From NCBI GenBank assembly GCA_031373015.1, contig JANMME010001047.1, forward strand, positions 1 to 33,347: a stretch of DNA of 33,347 bases, given 5' to 3'. Both the position numbers and the translations under genes were made by a program. This DNA comes from Saprospiraceae bacterium. GTDB taxonomy: Bacteria; Bacteroidota; Bacteroidia; Chitinophagales; Saprospiraceae. The notes under the pieces are model-generated. The model was given only the letters and a program-made list of their open reading frames with translations, was not told the origin of the DNA and did no database searches. Positions 16,763 to 25,092 of this stretch are shown in pieces (position 1 is the first letter of the stretch; each line of letters starts with the position of its first letter).

Positions 16763-17824
16763 ATGAAAAAGAACAACTCAACACCTTCCGAAAAGGCCAT
16801 CTATACGTTAGCAGACAGTGAGACAGCCAAAACGGAGCGTACCACAGAAATGCCAATACGAACGCTCTTAGGGAAAGGGACAGATTTGACCGACAAACGG
16901 GCTTTGAAAGGCCGCGCAAAACGAAAACTCACAGCCCAGGCATTGTGCGTGTGGGTTGCTTCCGAGTTGGAAAGGAGAGGGGAAGACGAACTTGCCCGCA
17001 CTTTTTGGAACACCTTTCATTGCCAGCGCGTGTTGGTCGGCTACAAAGGACGCATCTACGGGAAATACTGCAAAAACCGATTCTGCCCACTTTGTGCCAG
17101 CATCCGAAAAGCGGAAATCATCAATCGTTACTTACCCGTTATTCAAACTTGGGAAGACCCGCACTTTGTCACGCTAACCCAAAAGTCCGTCCCTGCCAAA
17201 AAATTGGAGCTGTGGTTTTTAGGAGTAAATAAGGCATTCCGGCAAATCAAGAATAAGTATAGAAAGCAAAGTCAACGGGGCGGGGAAATCAAATTCATGG
17301 GTATAAAATGCTTGGAATGCAACTTCAATCCAAGCCGAAGAACATACAATCCGCACCTACATTTGATAGTGCCTAACAAAGCAATGGCCGACCTTTTGAT
17401 AAAGGAATGGCAAATGAAATGGACGGAAAAATATACTTCCCCTTTGGCCCAATACTACCGTCCCGTGGGAAACCTCGAAAGGGATTTAGTGGAGATCATC
17501 AAATACGGCAGCAAGATTTTTACCGACTTCGACAAAAGGGATAAAGGAAAAATGCCTCCAAAGATTTACGTCAAAGCACTGATTAACATTTACAAGGCAA
17601 TGAAGCCTTACCGCCTCTTTGAACGATTCGGATTTGACCTTCCGAAACAGGAAAAAAACGGTGTAAAAACGGTGATACCAGCCGATCAATGTAAAGATTT
17701 TGTCTATGCCCCGGAGGTGTACGATTGGGTGGATACCAAGAACGGGGAAGGGCTAACGGGTTATGCCCCGTCTGCCCTTTTGGAGTGGCTTTTGACGGAA
17801 AACGTGGACACTGAATTGCAATAG
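16763..17824 (+). CDS. rep: Rolling-circle replication initiator, HUH endonuclease (Rep_1 / pC194-pUB110-like)
   Basis: CKNRFCPLCASIRK (Cys motif), HFVTLTQ (motif I, FLTLT-like), NPHLHLIV (HUH motif II), EIIKYGSK (motif III Tyr). Starts 3 nt after the HTH stop. Confidence 0.7.
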   Translation: MKKNNSTPSEKAIYTLADSETAKTERTTEMPIRTLLGKGTDLTDKRALKGRAKRKLTAQALCVWVASELERRGEDELARTFWNTFHCQRVLVGYKGRIYGKYCKNRFCPLCASIRKAEIINRYLPVIQTWEDPHFVTLTQKSVPAKKLELWFLGVNKAFRQIKNKYRKQSQRGGEIKFMGIKCLECNFNPSRRTYNPHLHLIVPNKAMADLLIKEWQMKWTEKYTSPLAQYYRPVGNLERDLVEIIKYGSKIFTDFDKRDKGKMPPKIYVKALINIYKAMKPYRLFERFGFDLPKQEKNGVKTVIPADQCKDFVYAPEVYDWVDTKNGEGLTGYAPSALLEWLLTENVDTELQ

Positions 17825-17836
17825 CAAAGACATGGA

Positions 17837-17912
17837 CGCGGGTTTGGAACTGGAATTTCAGAAATTTCATATTTCTTTGCTGCCCAATGGCGCGAATCCA
17901 ACCAAACCCGCG
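17837..17912. promoter_or_regulatory. 11-bp inverted repeat bracketing the rep-hsdR spacer
   Basis: CGCGGGTTTGG (17837-17847) and CCAAACCCGCG (17902-17912). The right arm ends 2 nt before the hsdR ATG. The interior contains GAAATTTC palindromes. Confidence 0.3.
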
Positions 17913-17914
17913 AA

Positions 17915-20299
17915 ATGGAACTAAAGAAAGTAATCATCCCGCTAAACAGCGACAGCGAAGCCGATACCTGCCGAAAGGAGGTAACGCCCAAACTTTATGC
18001 GAGCGAATGGACGGATGAACACATACTGGAGCAACGGACTTTCACCGACGGCAAAATCGTGGTGTTGGGCAAGGTAGCCAAAAGGCAAAAGCCCAAAAAG
18101 GCAGACTACATTTTGCGCATTGGTCAAAATTTTCCCATTGCAGTTATTGAGGCAAAGAAGAAATATTCGACCGCATCCGCCGGGCTGCAACAGGCAAAGG
18201 ACTATGCCGAAACGCTGGATTGTCGGTTTGCCTACGCAACCAACGGCGCGGAAATTGTAGAGTTTGATTTCATTACCGGGTTAGAAACCATCATTACCCA
18301 ATACCCTACCCCACAGGAACTTTGGAACAGACTACACGCAACCGATCCAATAAGTGAAAACACAAAGGAAATCCTACTGAAACCTTTGTTCCCCAACCCC
18401 GACAAGCCCCCCCGCTACTATCAAGAAATTGCCGTTAACCGGGCAATCCAAGCTATTTTGGAAGGCAAAAACAGGCTCTTGCTTACGCTGGCAACAGGTA
18501 CGGGCAAAACCTCCATAGCCTTTCAAATCATCTACAAACTTTGGAACAACCGTTGGAACAACACAGGCGAATACCGCCGCCCAAAAGTATTGTTTCTGGC
18601 AGATCGAAAGATTTTAGTGGATGACCCCTATGCCAAAGACTTTGCCATTTTTGCGGATGCACGGGCTTCGATTTTTGATGACGGCGCGACTACAAGCCGC
18701 GAAATCTACTTTTCCACTTATCAGTCATTGGCCGAAAGTGAAAGCCGTGAAGGGTTATTCCGACAGTTCCCGCGCAACTTTTTTGACTTGGTTGTGGTGG
18801 ATGAATGTCACCGGGGAAGCGCGACCGATGACAGCAATTGGCGCATGATTTTGGACTATTTTTTACCCGCCGCCAAATTGGGTTTGACGGCTACACCCTT
18901 GCGGGAAGACAACAAAGACACATACGCCTACTTTGGCAACCCGCTCTACATTTACAGTTTGCGGCAAGGCATTGAAGATGGTTTCTTAGCACCCTACATC
19001 GTGCGCCGTATTGTGACCGAAGCCGATGCAACAGGGTGGCGACCACAAGCCGGGCAAACCGACGCACATGGCAACGTCATTCCCGATGACGTTTACCTGA
19101 CCCCTGATTTTGAACACACACTTTCCCTGTTACCGCGTACAAAAGCCGTTGCCCGTCACCTGACCGAGCATTTGAAAAAGTACGGGCGATTGGATAAAAC
19201 CATCATCTTTTGTCACGACCAGGAACACGCCGACCAAATGCGCCGGGAGTTGAGCAACCTTAATGCCGACTTGGTAAAGCAAAACCAAAATTACGTTGTC
19301 CGCATCGTGTCCGATGAAGGCGATTGGGGCAAAGGGCTATTGGGCAAATTCATGGATATTGAGCAGGATTTCCCCGTCATTGTCACTACCTCCAAACTGC
19401 TGAGTACCGGGGTAGACGTGCCGACCTGCAAAAACATCGTGCTTTTCCGAATGGTCAATTCGATGACTGAATTCAAACAAATCATCGGGCGCGGCACACG
19501 GGTTAAGGAGGATAAAGACAAACTGTTTTTCACCATTTTGGATTACACCGGGAGCGCAACCCGAAATTTTGCCGACCCTGATTTTGACGGTGAACCGCCG
19601 TTAATCACTTCGGAAGAAATGGATGAAAACGGCGAAGTCGTGGAAGGAACTTTCGTAGAAGAACGCACCGAAACACCGCCCGCCGATTGGACAGACGAAC
19701 AAATCGAAGGCTTTACCGATGAAGGCGAACAACGCCGCAAATACTACGTCACCGAGGGAGAAGTGACCATCGTGGCCGAAAGTGTGCAAGTATTGGACGC
19801 AAGCGGCAAACTGCGCACGGTGCAATATACCCAATACGCCAAAGAGCAAGTTTCCACGCTTTTCACCGATGCCAAAGCCTTTCAAACGGCATGGGCTGAC
19901 CCGGAACAACGGGAAAACATCGTGGCTGAATTGGAAGGCCGGGGTATTTCTTTGGAGCAACTTTCCGACATTACGAAACTAACAGATGCCGACCCTTTTG
20001 ATATGCTTTGCTTTGTGGCCTTTGACCTCAAACCCATGACCCGCCGCGAACGCGCCGAACGGGTACGCAAAGCCGCAACATTGGCGGCTTACACCAACGG
20101 GGCGCGGGAAATCATTGATTTGATTTTGGACAAGTACGTTCAATTTGGCCTGACCGAATTGAACGCCGGGGTTTTGGAAGTGAAACCCATTTCCGACAAA
20201 GGGAACATTACAGAAATAGCCGCCCTGTTTGGCGGTGCGCCCAATTTGCGAAGGGCATTGGATGACATTCAAAAACTACTCTACGCCGAAGCTGCGTAA
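17915..20299 (+). CDS. hsdR: Type I restriction enzyme R subunit (EcoEI/EcoAI-like C-terminal domain)
   Basis: N-terminal nuclease region (SEADTCRKEVTPKLYASEW, IEAKK), helicase motifs (LATGTGKT, VVDECHR, TATP, QIIGRGTR), and a C-terminal DPFDMLCFVAFDLKPMTRRERAERV block. Confidence 0.92.
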   Translation: MELKKVIIPLNSDSEADTCRKEVTPKLYASEWTDEHILEQRTFTDGKIVVLGKVAKRQKPKKADYILRIGQNFPIAVIEAKKKYSTASAGLQQAKDYAETLDCRFAYATNGAEIVEFDFITGLETIITQYPTPQELWNRLHATDPISENTKEILLKPLFPNPDKPPRYYQEIAVNRAIQAILEGKNRLLLTLATGTGKTSIAFQIIYKLWNNRWNNTGEYRRPKVLFLADRKILVDDPYAKDFAIFADARASIFDDGATTSREIYFSTYQSLAESESREGLFRQFPRNFFDLVVVDECHRGSATDDSNWRMILDYFLPAAKLGLTATPLREDNKDTYAYFGNPLYIYSLRQGIEDGFLAPYIVRRIVTEADATGWRPQAGQTDAHGNVIPDDVYLTPDFEHTLSLLPRTKAVARHLTEHLKKYGRLDKTIIFCHDQEHADQMRRELSNLNADLVKQNQNYVVRIVSDEGDWGKGLLGKFMDIEQDFPVIVTTSKLLSTGVDVPTCKNIVLFRMVNSMTEFKQIIGRGTRVKEDKDKLFFTILDYTGSATRNFADPDFDGEPPLITSEEMDENGEVVEGTFVEERTETPPADWTDEQIEGFTDEGEQRRKYYVTEGEVTIVAESVQVLDASGKLRTVQYTQYAKEQVSTLFTDAKAFQTAWADPEQRENIVAELEGRGISLEQLSDITKLTDADPFDMLCFVAFDLKPMTRRERAERVRKAATLAAYTNGAREIIDLILDKYVQFGLTELNAGVLEVKPISDKGNITEIAALFGGAPNLRRALDDIQKLLYAEAA

Positions 20300-20308
20300 A
20301 ATGACCTT

Positions 20309-21883
20309 ATGGCAAAACGAGAAAAAGAAGTAAAAACGGAAACCACCGCCCAACGCTTGTCCGGCCTGATTAAATCGTGCCGTGACATCATGCGCAAAGA
20401 CAAAGGCATGAATGGCGATGCCGACCGCCTTCCCATGCTGACTTGGATAATGTTCCTGAAATTTTTGGATGACGTGGAAATGGAACAGGAAACCCGCGCA
20501 TTGTTGAAACGCCAAACTTACCGCCCCGCCATTGCTTCACCATACCGTTGGCGCGATTGGGCAAAAAACCAAAATCTGACAGGGGATGACCTGCTGGCCT
20601 TCATAAACAACGAAAAATGCACTTTGCCCGATGGTACGGACGGCGCGGGTTTGTTTTACCACCTGCGCAGCCTGCAAAGCGAAACGGGCAAAGAGCGTAA
20701 AGACGTGGTGGCGACCGTGTTCCGAGGCGTGACCAATCGCATGATAAACGGCTACCTCTTACGCGACGTGGTAAACAAGATAGATAGCATCCACTTTACC
20801 AGCACAGAGGAAATCTACACCCTTTCGCACCTTTACGAAAGTATCCTGAAAGAAATGCGCGACGCATCGGGCGATGCGGGTGAATTTTACACACCCCGCC
20901 CCGTCGTGAAATTCATGGTGCAAATGCTCGACCCACAATTGGGGGAAAGCATCCTCGACCCCGCCGCCGGGACGGGTGGTTTTTTGGTAGAAGCCTTTGA
21001 ACACCTGCGCAAACAAGCCCAAAACGTAGAGCAGTACGACACCCTCCAACAAAGCAGCATCTACGGCGGCGAAGCCAAGCCCCTGCCCTACCTGCTTTGC
21101 CAAATGAACTTGCTTTTGCACGGCCTCGAATATCCGAATATTGATAGCGGCAATTCGCTCCGAACGCCGTTACGCGACATAGGCGACCGCGAACGGGTAG
21201 ACATCATTGTGACCAATCCCCCTTTTGGTGGCGAAGAAGAACGCGGCATCCTCAATAATTTCCCCGATGATATGCGGACGGCTGAGACGGCCATGCTGTT
21301 TTTGCAATTGATTATGCGCCGACTGAAACGCGCCAAACCGGGCGCAAGGGGTGGACGCGCCGCCGTGGTTGTGCCGAATGGGACACTATTTGCCGACGGC
21401 ATTGCCGCCCGTATCAAAGAGCAAATGTTGAAGGAATACAACCTGCATACTGTGGTGCGCTTGCCCGATGGGGTTTTTGAACCTTACACCATGATACCTT
21501 CCAACCTGCTTTTTTTCGAGCAAGGAAGGCCAGCCCATGACGTGTGGTTTTACGAAATCCAGCCGCCCGCCGAACGAAAGAAATACTCCAAAACCAAGCC
21601 TATTCAATTTGAAGAATTTGCCGGGTGCATTGCTTGGTGGAATGACCGACAGGAAAATGAAAACGCTTGGCGCATACCCGCCGCCGAAATCCTGCAATAC
21701 GACAAAGGTGGCAAACTGCTTTCTGCCAACCTTGACCGCAAAAATCCTACCCGCCGCAATGAAATCGAGTATGCCGAACCCTCCGAAGCCATTGCCGCCA
21801 TACTCGAAAAAGAGCGGCAAATCATGGAACTGATGACCGACATACAAAACCTGATTGATTCAGGAAAGGAGGTAGCGGTATGA
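20309..21883 (+). CDS. hsdM: Type I R-M N6-adenine DNA methyltransferase subunit
   Basis: HsdM N-terminal region (LKSCRDIMRKD...MFLKFLDD), the AdoMet motif DPAAGTGGF, and the catalytic NPPFG. Confidence 0.92.
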   Translation: MAKREKEVKTETTAQRLSGLIKSCRDIMRKDKGMNGDADRLPMLTWIMFLKFLDDVEMEQETRALLKRQTYRPAIASPYRWRDWAKNQNLTGDDLLAFINNEKCTLPDGTDGAGLFYHLRSLQSETGKERKDVVATVFRGVTNRMINGYLLRDVVNKIDSIHFTSTEEIYTLSHLYESILKEMRDASGDAGEFYTPRPVVKFMVQMLDPQLGESILDPAAGTGGFLVEAFEHLRKQAQNVEQYDTLQQSSIYGGEAKPLPYLLCQMNLLLHGLEYPNIDSGNSLRTPLRDIGDRERVDIIVTNPPFGGEEERGILNNFPDDMRTAETAMLFLQLIMRRLKRAKPGARGGRAAVVVPNGTLFADGIAARIKEQMLKEYNLHTVVRLPDGVFEPYTMIPSNLLFFEQGRPAHDVWFYEIQPPAERKKYSKTKPIQFEEFAGCIAWWNDRQENENAWRIPAAEILQYDKGGKLLSANLDRKNPTRRNEIEYAEPSEAIAAILEKERQIMELMTDIQNLIDSGKEVAV

Positions 21884-23031
21884 AACAAGGTTGGACAAAA
21901 GTCAAAATGGGAGAGCTGTTGAAACTTTCGGATAATACCGTTTCAGTAACACCTTTGGAAAATTACCCTCAGATTGGGATTAGGCTTTGGGGAGAAGGCG
22001 CGTATGCCAGAGAAGATATTTTGGGCAGCCAAACCCAATATAAATTTTTCTACAAAGCCCAAAAAGGGGATCTGACATTCAACAAAATTTGGGTTAGAAA
22101 TGGAGCAGTTGCGGTTATTAATGAAAGGCTAAATGGCTTTTATGTGTCGCCCGAATTTCCGGTTTATCATCCCAAAAACGAGATTGTTTCACCTGATTGG
22201 CTCAATTTCCTTACCAAAGCCAAGTTTTTTTGGGAGAGTTGTAATGAAAAAGCCTTCGGCACAAGCGGCAAAAATCGGGTCAAACCCAGCGAGTTTCTTC
22301 AAATAGAAATCTTCCTCCCTCCCTTATCCGAACAACAGCGCATCGCTGGGAGATTGGTGGCTTTGAAAGGTAAAGTAGATGCGGTGAAGGGATTAAGGGT
22401 GGAGCAGGAAAAAGAAATGAAAGGGCTGCTTTTGATACAATACCAAAAAATGATTGAGGGCGCGGATTGGAAACCGATGGAGAAAGTTGCGCCGATTGTG
22501 CGCCGCGAAGTTGCTATTTCTGAGGATGGTATTTATCCAGAATTGGGTATCCGAAGTTTTGGGAAAGGGACATTTCACAAACCTGCCCTTACTGGGTTTG
22601 AAGTCGGTACGAAACGCCTGTATAAGATAGAAGCGGGGGATTTGATGTTTAGCAATGTCTTTGCATGGGAAGGAGCAATGGCAGTTGCCCAAAAAGAGGA
22701 TGACGGGCGTTTTGGCTCACATCGGTTTATTTCATGCGTTTGTGAAGAAGGGGTTGCCTTACCTGAATTTTTGTGCTTTCATTTTCTGACCCGCAAAGGA
22801 ATGGAAGACATCAATGCCGCCTCACCGGGTGGTGCTGGCAGAAACAAAACTTTGTGTTTGAACAAACTTGAAAAAACACTTGTCCCTGTTCCTGACCCTG
22901 ATTTGCAAAAAGGCTTTCTTCAACTACTATCCAAAATAGATGCCCTGAAAGCGGCGCAAGCGGGTCAGTTGTCGGCGTTGGAGGGGTTGTTTCCGGGGGT
23001 GTTGGAGAAGGCGTTTCGGGGGGAGTGGTGA
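21880..23031 (+). CDS. hsdS: Type I R-M specificity subunit (two TRDs)
   Basis: ATGA overlap with hsdM. Two target-recognition halves are separated by the conserved helix LPPLSEQQRIAGRL, and the C-terminal conserved region is LKAAQAGQLSALEGLFPGVLEKAFRGEW. Confidence 0.88.
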   Translation: MKQGWTKVKMGELLKLSDNTVSVTPLENYPQIGIRLWGEGAYAREDILGSQTQYKFFYKAQKGDLTFNKIWVRNGAVAVINERLNGFYVSPEFPVYHPKNEIVSPDWLNFLTKAKFFWESCNEKAFGTSGKNRVKPSEFLQIEIFLPPLSEQQRIAGRLVALKGKVDAVKGLRVEQEKEMKGLLLIQYQKMIEGADWKPMEKVAPIVRREVAISEDGIYPELGIRSFGKGTFHKPALTGFEVGTKRLYKIEAGDLMFSNVFAWEGAMAVAQKEDDGRFGSHRFISCVCEEGVALPEFLCFHFLTRKGMEDINAASPGGAGRNKTLCLNKLEKTLVPVPDPDLQKGFLQLLSKIDALKAAQAGQLSALEGLFPGVLEKAFRGEW

Positions 23032-23050
23032 GGTTAAAAATCATATCATT

Positions 23051-24016
23051 ATGAAAATATCTTACAAGAGCATTTCGACAGCCGCCTTAATTTTAGGGTT
23101 TGCATCACTTATCATTTTTAGTTTATTGTTCTGGATAAAATCGCTCCCCTTCGATTTTTTGCCTCCACTTGACACAGATAGATTAGACCATTTTGGGTCT
23201 TTAATTGGGGGTTTGGTTGGGGCATTGTTTTCCTTGGCAAGTATTCTTTTGCTGATTCATACTATTCGAGAGCAAGAACTTGATAGTCGAAAGCAAAAAA
23301 TCGAAAGCCGTTTCTTTGAATTACTGAAAATACACCGTGAAAACTGTTCAGAAATTGCCCTTTCCGACAGAACGGGAAGGATAGCGATACCTCGTTTAGT
23401 TCGTGAAGTGAGAGTTTGTTTAAAATTAGCGGAAGAGTTGAATGTTAAGATGAATATGGCTTATAACGAAGAAAAGGTTATAAATTTTTCGTATCTATTT
23501 TTTTGGTTTGGTTGTCGAGGCCCTCAATCTCAACTTAAAATTGACACATTCAAGCGGTATATCAATGATTACGACCCACAATTCACCGATGAATTTGTAA
23601 AAAACTGTTTGGAAAATTATGAGCAGCTTAAAAATGAAGGAAATTTTGATGACAGATTTATGTTAGGGCATCAGATTAGGTTGGGGCACTATTTCAGACA
23701 TTTGTTTCAAATGGTGACATACATTAACAACCAAACGATTATCTCATTTGGCGATAAATATAATTATATTAAAACTCTTCGTGCTCAATTATCTTCCCAT
23801 GAACAGATTTTACTTTATTTTAATGTATTATCAGTATTGGGATACGAATGGGAAAAGAATTATCCAAATGAACCTAACAAACAACTAATCACGAAATACA
23901 ATTTAATAAAAAATATACTATATGTAGGAACGATTGAGAAACATTTTCCATGTATCGAGTTTGAAAACAAACCAACACCTTTGTGCAGAGAGGCCCTACA
24001 AAAGATATATACTTAG
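23051..24016 (+). CDS. Membrane protein resembling the putative abortive-infection family putAbiC
   Basis: Two N-terminal TM helices, then RFFELLKIHRENCSEI, GHQIRLGHYFRHLFQMV and LRAQLSSHEQILLYFNVLS. From memory I associate these motifs with Pfam putAbiC. Starts 19 nt after hsdS and is AT-rich. Confidence 0.55.
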   Translation: MKISYKSISTAALILGFASLIIFSLLFWIKSLPFDFLPPLDTDRLDHFGSLIGGLVGALFSLASILLLIHTIREQELDSRKQKIESRFFELLKIHRENCSEIALSDRTGRIAIPRLVREVRVCLKLAEELNVKMNMAYNEEKVINFSYLFFWFGCRGPQSQLKIDTFKRYINDYDPQFTDEFVKNCLENYEQLKNEGNFDDRFMLGHQIRLGHYFRHLFQMVTYINNQTIISFGDKYNYIKTLRAQLSSHEQILLYFNVLSVLGYEWEKNYPNEPNKQLITKYNLIKNILYVGTIEKHFPCIEFENKPTPLCREALQKIYT

Positions 24017-24023
24017 CAATTCC

Positions 24024-24629
24024 ATGATGACAAATGAACAGATTTTATCCGTTGGGTATATGCTTTCCACTTACGAAAGTGACTTGAATTACTTTGCCAA
24101 GTTCATCAGCTTTTCAAAAAAGGAAATCAGTCTCAATGATTATGCACAAAAGGCTAAAGGAACTTTCAAAAACTTCATTGATGAATACCGGGTAGCCCGG
24201 AACACGAAGAAGGATTTGACCTCAAAACTGCTCACTTGTGCTTTGGAATGGCATGAACAAGGGAGGACAAATGATGTGGATGATTTTGCACGGATGATTC
24301 AGGGAATGGATTTGACACATGGCAAAATGGCAACTTCGCTTTCCTCAAAAATCATGTATTTGATGAACCCTTGGGAAGTGATGCCTTTAGATATTCGTGC
24401 AAAGGAGGCATTGAAGCATCGCACTAATATTTACAAGGACTACTTTGCCAAAATTGAACGGTTTAGGATGGAGCATGAAAACGAAATCCGCCAAACACTG
24501 GCAAGTATTTCGGAGATGTTGGACATCATCGAACGCCCATTTGTTGGCACGGTAAACAACTTGGAAAGAATTAGGGAAAACCGTTTTGTGGATAAGTGGC
24601 TTTGGGTTAAAGGAGGCAAAATGAAATGA
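24024..24629 (+). CDS. Hypothetical protein (201 aa), cassette gene 2
   Basis: The in-frame ATG at 24024 lies 7 nt after the previous stop; the listed ORF start at 23934 overlaps gene 1. No domain I can name with confidence. SKIMYLMNPWEVMPLD weakly recalls an ASKxLxxxxPxxxPxxD motif. Confidence 0.6.
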   Translation: MMTNEQILSVGYMLSTYESDLNYFAKFISFSKKEISLNDYAQKAKGTFKNFIDEYRVARNTKKDLTSKLLTCALEWHEQGRTNDVDDFARMIQGMDLTHGKMATSLSSKIMYLMNPWEVMPLDIRAKEALKHRTNIYKDYFAKIERFRMEHENEIRQTLASISEMLDIIERPFVGTVNNLERIRENRFVDKWLWVKGGKMK

Positions 24630-24671
24630 ATCTGAGCAAAAAATAAGACTGTAAAACTTATCTATTCATTC

Positions 24672-25088
24672 ATGTCTGAAAACACCAACGCATCTAAGCC
24701 AGAATTTCCCAAAGGCAAGCGGCCCACGCCCAATCCAAGACAGTTACGGCGAATTGCACCCACGTCGCAACGGACGGCGTTAGGGCGTTTTTTTACTTGG
24801 TTGCGGACACCAGAGCATAAATGGGAGTTTGGAATTAAAGTCCTGACCTTGATCGTGGCAGTAGCAGGTACTTGGCTGCTGCTAAGTCAGAATGGATTAC
24901 TAAAAAGCCAAAATGACCTTTTAGGAAATCAGAATGGCTTTATCAAACAACAAATGTCGCTCGAAGAAGCCAGCCGCCGTGGAGCTTTGGTGATGCTAAT
25001 GAGCAACATTATGGACAAAGTAGATGATGAGATAAAAGAGCAAAAAAAACGAATTGCGAAGCAAAGGGATTTCAAAGGCGGCAGTTGA
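24672..25088 (+). CDS. Basic N-terminus, single TM helix and Q/N-rich coiled segment; possibly the N-terminal part of the next ORF
   Basis: GIKVLTLIVAVAGTWLLL is the TM helix. SQNGLLKSQNDLLGNQNGFIKQQ is heptad-like. The ORF ends 4 nt before the next ATG, and an A8 tract lies in the overlap of the open frames. Confidence 0.55.
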   Translation: MSENTNASKPEFPKGKRPTPNPRQLRRIAPTSQRTALGRFFTWLRTPEHKWEFGIKVLTLIVAVAGTWLLLSQNGLLKSQNDLLGNQNGFIKQQMSLEEASRRGALVMLMSNIMDKVDDEIKEQKKRIAKQRDFKGGS

Positions 25089-25092
25089 CACA

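Noticed and set aside
25054-25092. TTG-initiated extension of the pentapeptide ORF overlapping the previous gene
   Set aside because: An ATG at 25093, 4 nt after the upstream stop, is a simpler start. The overlap matters only for the A8 frameshift hypothesis reported separately.
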